Origin: an uncultured Christensenellaceae bacterium
GTDB taxonomy: Bacteria; Bacillota; Clostridia; Christensenellales; DTU072
Direction: 5' to 3'
DNA: 47,060 bases
NCBI GenBank assembly: GCA_964463195.1
Contig: CAYXBO010000001.1
Location: 1 to 47,060 of the forward strand
A model generated the notes under the pieces. The model did no database searches and had not been told where the DNA came from. It saw only the letters and a list, made by a program, of their open reading frames with translations. Of the stretch, positions 21,001-28,000 are shown in pieces. Within the stretch, counting starts at the first letter, position 1; the number at the start of each line of letters is the position of its first letter. The translations under genes were made by a program, and so were the position numbers.

Positions 21001-23710
21001 CGACTGGGGCAGCTCGGAGGTCGTGTCCGACGGCATGATTCCCGGCGGAACGATTTACGTCAAGGCGGGAACGAGCGCAGCCGACACCGTTTCGCAGCTT
21101 CCGAAGGAAATCTACTACAACTTCGCGCCGAGCGCCGACGTTACCCCCGATTATTCGCCGGTGCCGCTTAAATTTGAAACCGTAAACTTCTTCAGAACGG
21201 GTTCTTATACCTTAAGAGCCGTTATGGGAAAGGTGAGTAAGGAATACAATATCCTCTTCAACGTCGAGGTTATCGACCCGAAGCTTTACGACATCAGAAC
21301 GGTAACCGACGCGGTAGGCACGGTAATAGACTTCAACGGGTACGACTTCGTGTTGGATACGCTTCCCGTTTCCGTCAACTCCTCGGGTAACCTCATGGCG
21401 GGGCTCGAGGACGATTGGCTGCCCGAATATATTGCGGCGTCTGACGGGAATTATATCCGCGTCAGCGGTATTTCCTATTCCGTCTCGGAGATGAAGGCGT
21501 ATCTTACCTGTACTTACGAATTCATTTCCGCTTCCGACGGTCCGAGAATTGCAGGACGCGCGGACGGCGAAAAGACCAGAGATTTCGTGTTTGAAGTGCC
21601 GCTCACATTAAATTCCACCGACAGACTAAGCGGCGACGCGGAGCTTTCCTCGGATACGGTTATAACCGAGCTCGGTCAGCCGATTCTGCTGTCTGCAATG
21701 CCGGTCGTACTGTCCGACGGAAGGGAATACAGTCTGTTCTGGGACGTTGCGGCGGGCGGAGTGGATACCAACGTGTCCGGAGAGTATTCGGTAATCGGAT
21801 ATCTTCTGGATTCCTTTAATTCGGTCAGAGAGTTCAGAGTAAAGGTCGTCGTTGCAAAACGCGAGCTGTTTCCGTCGGAATTCGGCGTTACCGGAACCAC
21901 AATCGACGGTCGCGTGGAGATTTCCTTCACCGGTCGCCGCGTCGACTGGCAATACAGAGTTCCTCAGAACTGTATAGACGAAAACGGCGACAGATACGCA
22001 CCCGTTCCTACGTTCACATATTCAGCCGACGGCGGACAGAGCTGGACTGCCATTCAGCCCGTGGCGGTCGGTACTTATCTCATGAAAATGACCGTGGACG
22101 ATACCAACGTGTTCGGCGAAAAGACCGTAACCCTCAGAATAAATAAGGCGCTTATAAACACCGACGACATCTCGTTCGCGGATACTACCGTCGTCTATAA
22201 CGGTATGCCGCAGCAGCCGACGGTTATAGGGCTTCCGCAGTCCGTCGGGTTCTCCTTCCGCATGACGCGCCGCACCGAATCGGGCGACACCGTGCTGCAT
22301 CCCGAGGGAGCGGTCAACGCTTACGTCTATACCGCAACGCTCATCATCGAAGAGAGCGACAGCTACGTGTTTACGGGTCTGAACTTCCGTACGGTAACCT
22401 TTACCGTAACCCGCGCCAACCCCGCGTACAGAGCCGCCGCAAGCGAAACCTATAACGGTCTCGACAGGCATATTTACGTGGAGGGTATGCCCGAATTCTT
22501 CACGGGCGGCATGACCGTGGTTTACACCTACACCAACACCGCGACCGGCGCCGTGACGACCAACAGAATAAGGAACGTCGGCGTATACAGATACACCATC
22601 GAAATACACGGCGGTATCAACTATTACGACAACAACCTGAGCGGAGAGTATTCCATAACTCAGGCGCCGCTTACCGTTGACGTGGGGAATATCGAGGTTC
22701 CCTATCTCGACGAAATGCTTCCTTTAAATTCCGGAGTGACGGTAACGGGCGTGGTCGGAGACGACGCGACCAAGGTGTTCGGCTCTGTGTTCGGTGAATT
22801 AACGCTCAGCTCGCCCGTGCGTCTCGACGGATATTCCGCGCCCGGCTCCTATCCGATATACGCAAGCGGACTGAGAAACAACAATTACCGCATCGAATAT
22901 ATCGACGACAGAGGAAACGACAGCGGCAATTACCGTTATAATATCGTGCTGCCCGAGGGGACGGTGGACGTCGCGACTGCTGCGGAAGCTGAGGGAATAA
23001 GCGCCGCGGACATGCTGAGAAAGCTGATTTCCGAGGCTAAAACCGGTGATTTGAAGCTGTATCTTACGGCAGGCGAATACGGCGACGTAACCCTTTCGGA
23101 CGCTTCCGTATCCCTCTATCTCTACGGCGAATACGACGGGGACGGAAAGCTTGCCACGGTTCTCGACAGCATGACGGTCAGCGGCGGAACGGTCAATCTC
23201 TACGCCTTGTCCTTTAAGGCTCTCGAAGGTATTGCGTCCGTCCGCCTCGAAGGAAAAGCGGGCAGCTTAATGCTCGACAGAGTGGAATTTGCGGCGAAGA
23301 CGAACGCAAGCGGAGCATGTTCGGTCGCTTCCGGTTCGGTGGGCGTTTACGCGGGGCAGGAATTTAAGGGCAACGTCACGGCGTACCGCATAAGCGTAGC
23401 ATACCGCTTTACCGGAATTTATATGGCGGGCGGAAGCCTTAACGTGGAAAATTCCCTGTTCGACGGTTGCGTAGCGGGTATAGAAGCTCAGTGCAAAAAC
23501 GTGAGCATAGCCGACAGTGAATTCGCGCATTCCACGCTCCACGCGCTGTATCTCACCAATGCGGAGACGACTGCAACAATCTCCGGCAACGAATTCCGCT
23601 ATAACGTGGCGGCAATCAAATACAATTTCCGTCTGAGCCTCTCCGGTAGCGCCGAGGTAATCAACGAAAACGTGTATTTCAAGAACAACGAAAATCTCAT
23701 TTCGCAGTAA
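12056..23710 (+). CDS. Giant surface lipoprotein (3884 aa): paralogous N-terminal module, DG/YY repeat insert, Ig-like-type repeats, MBG-like repeats, C-terminal parallel beta-helix-like region
   Basis: Uninterrupted 11.7-kb ORF starting 12 nt after the previous stop. MKKAKLFKNLILILMAAAILVLALFAC = lipobox LFA|C. MBG-like signature: ITQAPLTVDVGN...GDDATKVFG...GSYPIYASGLRNNNYRIEY. Beta-helix-like repeats: NVENSLFDGCVAGIEAQCKNVSIADSEFAHSTLHALYLTNAETTATISGNEFRYN. Confidence 0.9.
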   Translation: MKKAKLFKNLILILMAAAILVLALFACTTDTDDNGDPTGTDAPTYTREQILGKLSTSLDTSVKKLADERKTGTVTTTSEYSIIVEDLKYTVKYNAAIDYSHVENSRIYFKIYDDECTMTRIMAYYDAGTLYYENNGRRQKVAGFGTSGIFPLFLSLIENFDMSYSLGTIADIVSGTALENLIRSDNLKLYGAGENRTNISIQGIELDTLKTVPNGMIADFFSSFGTAFDAIGTELLGTSISDLGMLRIRSLDANYVEFYSENDVFDQMYFDFSGYMETLSPFSIKGGFKTVTGFNAVEVEALDDEVRYRSAIDEIALKNGFSAEQKAAYLEKYRYHDFYLGKGSFAGTVSFPSMNVTYDATLDYTLNYNDNAQNLMIFKIKDGGLDAAAAYYLDGKLYIDAGTLYDVFNAGFGLSYFNLPKAVVADFDLSAFLARVIDVLDNVVRESNVDVSEETKSRILKILVSKIESNGPVIGITVDKELIDALNQISSNPVDAANVAAYLGSVLGVSQTFIDNILSASVFDSMALVLSFNLATGGFATELLFNGSTVVRCDFEAVSATTEIYETVKGASVSAKPMADGSIGLYVTLDGKTYYLSADDGAVVGSDGVRAGSYFLEQKRFGIDGAVYSFAAPDLIAQHDNSKVGIFSLVQKKLSVDGVTYRIEDGRVLYETLSGSFDGQSLAIGNARYFVRDGKIYATSDGTDVLGKVENGVVTLGQTEYFTEDGDLFRIAGSIRANGDLVSVSVGEGIYIVATGKVMRDRGIYRSDEGIITLDGVNYYVNDGKIYQTVDFATETGAIDAENSKITVNGVDYYFDEARKEVGQHVFGDVIYPEEAGFVASGELKVAGMQSQDISKLLGAFIGDSLGLNTPIVLNATDRLKFDVKVAFGTDGEDGVYIKLTLKTRAGTETVLVEIATVDGSSDTVLIDFRLLDIRFRSPSSEVVGAFRRFAGEGSIFGEEDILSALIAALAEASVGYDSNGIQFAFDYHAVSGEVAVDPLLKLIGISNLSANGTVKVNYSPDMEEWKAMNADEGSFIEPKLENFPTIVDNYESIYDAEWIEEISFLNPELDGLTLKIPYDPETVKVVTGKNTYTPRASLLGQVLTYTLMLRGGENATKVAVEVVGNAIVFDSYEENPVHEKIAVRYDDGTEGEVKYTIKGFSEDLITEAGMAAAPYTVVIGEGKIAETVFEGVRVSVRSRELVKQNPENTDGYGSHYQSTVIGSTSVDPYAYALNNNSGLDLPEALNLRFWEDVINDDGTTAKAVILDEFCFDWEFDGKIDVSGGTFYARVARMYKKDSDAVYKVPDLVYEINVMPKIFSYVQFGEESGSGVYTVDVFDSSTYSIPARSREGYRLAVYFADGHYRIVGSSAMGLPTDAMFDGYLDMTLNWKYPQATHFALTGYPNPLGGETAQNTAVLAVDGLSSQEITARILEPTRNVREAGTVSGVVENVISDGTVLRDIRSFRYDNVSFGDSDYITVNPYATEALPDTITLNIEDRVTGVITKFTYPVERWLTDGDVIKEQDGKYLLKYPATEESWFRAVAVVGNGRVTDQITVRIYNPDAEYAAVTFDGYGENVLETVADAYSPLKLPKGFRIRLYDGTVLSYGDGDGARAFEWKVDFGTERESDVPMLTDSEYNAFRAFIEGRSRVYDPVWLTKGYSFENRDYSVVFTAHVPSDVNGSLEQAVEFTVNVRSLKPRGVDDGAASYLNTGNINRYGSDSAELLSALTEGGMSVLPIKMYAPQNMSEITYFFKVDWADNAAFESFTDGLKAVDGGAEYALSGTIFRDVAEKDQTFDVSFRTRSNEVLDSASFYFRSLSTALSEMITSEYKIDGGKKTLTVNLLEPYALKLLKGGAFGYALPSEYFAFTLSNIYIVFGDGSTGSYITDAQTAIAAYSANGKTFDAAVYDFGGGNTESSETEFEIRISDGSCEDYLSVKIVATPDVATVFTTRVSVEPYNDNGTLKYTIENGYAAGCPMSNEYTVTYNNSGVVVYSIDWTINDPLTNNGLGLVYNASEGVWYLPIANIKESGGSSTLTGVLPDGTEVQRVVSVNPKNIGGTAYTAQAAEGGYSAVNGTVNLANMYQLFEIMTVSDGNRVIDVAKLPSVIEPRPTATFAGSTVFTVSWQTENYFSVAANGAINGEKTDDGRYLIAHADISGYNGESQRVYLYINVAETEGIAAIRADGYDFRLEGDAFHLYLDPYKDNGAGGYDWTVKLPTAATVDLFGGSTSYAFASGLVYKYGDITVEQAVIDYKTLIKLTGDVETAIDGDTAELTLVLPDGFGVGVTLEVIPRIIAEDGVEVPFTTSDGSTGYRAGAYFVDPYNSGTYDIPTTIRVCFTDGASLDLNVEWNIVGANSFTVDYRGGEYAFTATLGGVGVDIGDAQVINLDVTVLDRSLKEDFEASSDGMTARNTGGTLVIERRFEDYIGARVSDIFTHAFVPSDFAHPEFPEAGDMSLAYPVLKIFGAGGIEAGDDAIVNGMAAVEFSAALSAGTVKGQPAKVEITTDRLTLVDDFGDFAASDGDRLYFNPFSKDSLKTEFRLRFAAETYDPETGWTEAPDKLLTFYTEKSSVGDSERSRRLIYWDDDMSAALSGVAGFAYGNEAKLVGRVENTVNYIYLQVKNVRLDLGYGSKESGMEPFDYVIDPLTPELVYTAYAEGKINGEWYSLGNVVLTWKESELLSGISFTGEPRKTTGVYLDAGVKGLDAVPITVNVYYLDRTVKKAFTDESGFTNYTEGNLYKIYDDGIVNFGGMTIDPVAKFESGRYVYPSNITAEFAAEASGAPQSVITAAVEKYGLRLKLTDTLWGLNGKSVTLAGTGSSPINLALLSGTVTRGETAFVSQFMETANQSINPFVFKMSVLDRAITATSITHALDIHMAFDGSDGHPDYSIDPYNITLPKSVVVTFGSGNDTTKRTYTWQNEYGELWTFNDESLQKLQREEIINGAVLASDMFATAYFTVNSETFEVTFPIIARVIDVNGDWGSSEVVSDGMIPGGTIYVKAGTSAADTVSQLPKEIYYNFAPSADVTPDYSPVPLKFETVNFFRTGSYTLRAVMGKVSKEYNILFNVEVIDPKLYDIRTVTDAVGTVIDFNGYDFVLDTLPVSVNSSGNLMAGLEDDWLPEYIAASDGNYIRVSGISYSVSEMKAYLTCTYEFISASDGPRIAGRADGEKTRDFVFEVPLTLNSTDRLSGDAELSSDTVITELGQPILLSAMPVVLSDGREYSLFWDVAAGGVDTNVSGEYSVIGYLLDSFNSVREFRVKVVVAKRELFPSEFGVTGTTIDGRVEISFTGRRVDWQYRVPQNCIDENGDRYAPVPTFTYSADGGQSWTAIQPVAVGTYLMKMTVDDTNVFGEKTVTLRINKALINTDDISFADTTVVYNGMPQQPTVIGLPQSVGFSFRMTRRTESGDTVLHPEGAVNAYVYTATLIIEESDSYVFTGLNFRTVTFTVTRANPAYRAAASETYNGLDRHIYVEGMPEFFTGGMTVVYTYTNTATGAVTTNRIRNVGVYRYTIEIHGGINYYDNNLSGEYSITQAPLTVDVGNIEVPYLDEMLPLNSGVTVTGVVGDDATKVFGSVFGELTLSSPVRLDGYSAPGSYPIYASGLRNNNYRIEYIDDRGNDSGNYRYNIVLPEGTVDVATAAEAEGISAADMLRKLISEAKTGDLKLYLTAGEYGDVTLSDASVSLYLYGEYDGDGKLATVLDSMTVSGGTVNLYALSFKALEGIASVRLEGKAGSLMLDRVEFAAKTNASGACSVASGSVGVYAGQEFKGNVTAYRISVAYRFTGIYMAGGSLNVENSLFDGCVAGIEAQCKNVSIADSEFAHSTLHALYLTNAETTATISGNEFRYNVAAIKYNFRLSLSGSAEVINENVYFKNNENLISQ

Positions 23711-23728
23711 ATTAGCGCTGCATGCGCG

Positions 23729-23757
23729 TTGACAACGGTAAAAACAAAGTATATAAT
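23729..23757 (+). promoter_or_regulatory. SigA-type promoter of the five-gene protease/cohesin/signal-peptidase operon
   Basis: TTGACA (23729-23734) - 17 nt - TATAAT (23752-23757), a perfect consensus located 19 nt after the gene 3 stop. GGAG at 23793-23796 precedes ATG 23805. Confidence 0.6.
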
Positions 23758-23804
23758 GTGTTTAGATACTTGTTGTATTTAGACATCAATACGGAGTCGG
23801 ATAT

Positions 23805-25025
23805 ATGAAAATTGTGATGAACGTAATTAAATCGGTATTTTGTTTGGCTTTGATTGCCGGCACGGTTTACCTTGCAGTAGGCGGGGTCATCATGGCAACC
23901 GGCGGGGGCGGAATAGAGGGCGACCCCGTTATCGAAATAGGAAATATAGGAAAGGAACCGGTAAGCCTCTTTTCGGACGTTCTCGACGACAAGACAGACG
24001 ACGTGCAGGAGGTCGTGGACAGCTACGATTTAACGGATATCGACGAGATAAAGAGCGCGATTATCGATTTATACGTTATAGGCTGCGAAACGTGGTATAA
24101 CGCTCCCGCAAGAGGCGCGAGATATCTCGGCGACGGCACCGGCGGCATTTACGGAGAGCTTGAGGGGAAACTGAAGGTTTTTAACGAAAGATATTACGTA
24201 AAGGGCGACGCGACGGACGATAATCCTTATCCTTATTACGGAATCGAGGAAAAACACAACTATGCATACGACGTCAATAAGCCTGAACCGATAGCGTCTA
24301 TTGCCGCTCAAACGTTGGGTTCCGCGCGCCGCTTCCTCTATATGCCCACAGGCGACTGGTCGTGGGAAGGGGAGAAGAATTCATCTACGCTCAATACAGA
24401 AGGTGCAAAAGCCAGTTTTACGAAATCGCCCGAATATAAATCGGCTGCCGAAGTGAAAAAAGCCAAGGAAGACGAGGAGCTTGCCTCTCATTTGGGAAGC
24501 GGCTCCGCATATTACTATTACGGCGACGAAATTCCCGACAAGAGCACCTACGTTCTTTACGAGCCCGAGGCAATACTCGACGCGTCGGACGAGAACGGTT
24601 TTGCCCCCAAGCTCACGGAGAGCAAAATAGACGGAAAGACCGTCTGGACCGCGGAGTTTGCCGTAAACTGCGACGTGAATAAAGCGTATACCAAATATGC
24701 GGCTCATGCAATCGGCAAAACTATTGACTCCGTAGTAAACGTAGTATACAAGAAACTGACTATTAAATTCGAGCTTTGGGAGACCGGCTATTTCCGCAGC
24801 TGGTCGGCGACCGAGCGTTGGGAAGGAGACAGTACTAACGCCCTTTATAAGGATAAAACCGGTTTTGCCGAGGTTGCGAGCACGGAAATTTACACCTACG
24901 ATATCGACGAGGTGACTAAAGTCATTTCCGAAAAAGCCGCTATCGTCTTAAAAGCCGACCCCGCAAAACCCGACGTAAGCTCCGTCGTAAAGGTTACCTA
25001 CAACGGGAAGGAAGTTTTCAAATAG
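23805..25025 (+). CDS. Membrane-anchored or secreted protein of unknown function (406 aa)
   Basis: Good SD spacing. N-terminal hydrophobic segment VIKSVFCLALIAGTVYLAVGGVIMATGGGG with no lipobox. The remainder is acidic and aromatic-rich with no motif I recognise. Confidence 0.8.
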   Translation: MKIVMNVIKSVFCLALIAGTVYLAVGGVIMATGGGGIEGDPVIEIGNIGKEPVSLFSDVLDDKTDDVQEVVDSYDLTDIDEIKSAIIDLYVIGCETWYNAPARGARYLGDGTGGIYGELEGKLKVFNERYYVKGDATDDNPYPYYGIEEKHNYAYDVNKPEPIASIAAQTLGSARRFLYMPTGDWSWEGEKNSSTLNTEGAKASFTKSPEYKSAAEVKKAKEDEELASHLGSGSAYYYYGDEIPDKSTYVLYEPEAILDASDENGFAPKLTESKIDGKTVWTAEFAVNCDVNKAYTKYAAHAIGKTIDSVVNVVYKKLTIKFELWETGYFRSWSATERWEGDSTNALYKDKTGFAEVASTEIYTYDIDEVTKVISEKAAIVLKADPAKPDVSSVVKVTYNGKEVFK

Positions 25026-25062
25026 GCTTCACGGAAGCTGTTTGAAGCTTTATCGGTAAATT

Positions 25063-28000
25063 ATGAATAGCATGGATAAAAAACCGCAGAACAGAATTAA
25101 AGCAATCTGTTTCACTGCGGTTTTTTTAACAGTCGCCGTCCTCCTGATTTTCTCTCCGGTAATTTTCGGAGGGACGGGCGATGAGACGATATTCCCCAAA
25201 GAGCTATATACCTTCAGCGAGGAGTATACCGAGCCGGACGGAACGGTTGCGGAGGTCTATGCCTCCGGCGACAGTGACTTCCGGTACATGCACGACGGCG
25301 ACGGATATATTCTCACGCCGGACGGCGAGGGATATCTCAGATACGCCGTAAACGACGGCGGGCGCGTCGAGGCTTCGGGACTCAGGTGGAACGCCTCGTC
25401 TCTTCAGAAATCCTTCGTAGACAAAATGACTTCGGAGGACTTGGTAAGGGAGAAAAACCCCGAGCTCGAAACCCTCCACGAGTACGACGGAGACCGTCCG
25501 GCGGTGCTTGCCGCAAGCCGCAAAAGTACCGTCTATAACGTGGTTATTTTTATTTCGTTTGCCGATAGCAGACTGACCGAGGCAGATATTCCTACCGAGA
25601 TTAGGGAAACCTTTTCAAATGATTGGGGAACCTATAACAGCCTTAAAAACTATTTTGCCGCTCAGACCGCGGGAGAAAAAGAGCTCGTCAATCTGTTTTC
25701 CTACGAGGACGGAAAGATATTCGTTTACCGGTCGCCGATGAGCAGAATTTATTATTCCTTTACCATAAGCGAGAGTACGAGAAGGAAGAGAGAGCGGGAG
25801 CTTCTCACCGCCGCCGCGGCGGCGTTTAACGCGGCGGAAAAAGAGGACGTTCCCGAAGACTGTCTCGACTCCGACGGCGACGGATACGCCGACGCGGTTT
25901 CCTTCGTAGTCCTCGACAGACCCGCGTCTACGCAAGGCTCTATTCTTTGGCCGCACAAATGGCACATGTCCTCTATCGGTGCAAGCTCGGAGGTGTGCGG
26001 CGTGCCTATAGGCGTTTATTCTCTCAATTTCACCGCCTCGCATTTCGTAACGTATGCGCACGAAACGGGTCACGTTCTCGGAGCGCCCGATTACTACGCA
26101 AGCACGAACAACTCCATGCCGCTCGTTGCGGAATGGGACGTTATGAGCATAACCCAGCGGTCTGGCAGTCCGGCAAACATGCTGGCTTACACCCGTAAAA
26201 AATACCTTGGACTGGAAGCCGGTGTTGTCGAGACCGTGCGCGCGGGGCAGACGGTGACTTTGAAGAACGCGGCTGACGTTCAGGGCGACGACCTTCTGGC
26301 AGTCAGAATACCGACGGACGCGGAAGGCGTTTACATATACGCCGAGTACCGTGCAAAAGCCGCGGCGGAAGAGTTTGACGGCGGGCAGAAGTCATACGGA
26401 CTGATTGTTTACCGCGTAAACGAAAACGTAGGCGGTTACGGCAACATAAACGCCAAAAGGATTACGGACTATTCCAATATAGAAGTGTTCGTCTACAGAA
26501 AGGGCGGCGCGGACAATCTGAGCGCGGTATATTCCGCAGCGCTCAACGGCAAGGATAAAACCGATTTCAATATTATAGGAAGCGGCACGGATACCCCTCT
26601 TACAGTAAACGCCCAAACCGTTCTCGACGCTTGCTTTTCCGACGTTGTGGAAAACGGTGACGGCACGGTTTCCTTTACCGTAAGCGGCGACGGAATAAAA
26701 TCCGACTACGACGGGGATTTTACGGTAAAAGGAGCAACCGCTTCAGACTGGACTTATTTCGCGAGAGCGGGCGAGCGGTTTACCGTAGAAATAGGACGCG
26801 CCCTGCCGACAGCTCAGGGCACGGTCAGAGCGTTTTACGATTACGATGCCGACGCGCTTACGGAAATTTCCTCTTCTGGGCTTTCTAAGACCTTCGAGGT
26901 GAAAGAGCACGCCGCAGAGACCGAGCCGATAACCGTCAGAATAAGGGACGGAATATCCTCATGTCAGATGAGGTTTGCGGTGATTACGGACGGAAGGAGC
27001 GCCCGCAGGGCAGAGATTAAAGAGGGAACGGATTCCGCCGTATTTTTGGGCGACGGTTGGGACGCAGTCACTGCCGTAGGGATATTCGGCGGCGAGGAAA
27101 AGGCGCTCGGAGAGGTCGAACCGCTTGCCTTCAACGCTTGGTCGGGAGCGGGGCTCAGGCGGGTGTATTTTAATATCGGAACGGAGCTTTACTGTTACGA
27201 CCTGACGGTTGCCGACCGCCCCGTTTATATGGAACCCGAGGTGGAGGAAATATCCCTTCTCGTCGGGGAAGCCTTACCCGAAACTCTTTCGTTAACGGTG
27301 CACTTCGCGTCGGGAGAGGAGAGACGGGTGGCGGTTTCGGATTGCGTGGTAAGCGGATTTGACAGCTCGGAAAAAGGGACGGTTACGGTGGTTCTTACCT
27401 ACCGCTCGGAGCTTGGCAACGCGGACAACGGTACGGTAAGCGCCGAGCTGAAGGTGTCTCTTGCAAGACCCGTCGGCATGCAAATAGTGGGCACGGAGAC
27501 GGAGTATGACGGGAAGAGTTATCCGACGGCGGAGCTCATTTCTTCGGACGGCACGGTGAATTTCGGAAGGACGGCGGTTTGCTATTATCTCGATTACGGA
27601 ACGGAAACCGTAGCGGTTTCGGCGGTCTACGGAGAGAGCTTTGAAAACGATTGGATTACCGTTGAGTTCGTAAACGGCGCGCCTTTGGAAAGCGGAATAT
27701 ACGGCGCCGCCGTTAAGGTTTACCGCAGGGCAAACGGAAGAGAAAGCATAGTGGCTGAGCTGGAAAACGTGGAGTTTAGGATACTGAAATCGATAAATAA
27801 GGCGACTATACTGATAGACGACAGCTTTAAGCAGGACGACGAAAGCTATGAGCTTTATCTAGAGGACAGGGATAACTGGGAGATATTCTGTTTAGTGGAA
27901 TACTTCGACGGAACCTCGGAAACGGTGCCGCTTACGGTCGGGGACGAGGATATTGTTTCGGGCGTACCGTATGAATTTGCGCCGGAATATCTGGGGCATC

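Noticed and set aside
4322-23710. Diversity-generating retroelement targeting the giant proteins
   Set aside because: No reverse transcriptase ORF and no obvious template/variable repeat pair noticed. The C-termini are not C-type-lectin-like.
4322-23710. Sortase (LPXTG) or SLH anchoring of the giant proteins
   Set aside because: The C-termini end ...DAPIIWQ and ...NNENLISQ, and gene 1 ends ...SGDGDAE. None has an LPXTG motif, a hydrophobic tail or SLH repeats, and no sortase gene is present.
25026-25062. Short hairpin (GCTTCA...TGAAGC) between the 406-aa gene and the protease gene as an attenuator
   Set aside because: The 6-bp stem is weak, has competing pairings and lacks a T-run, which is not enough to call.
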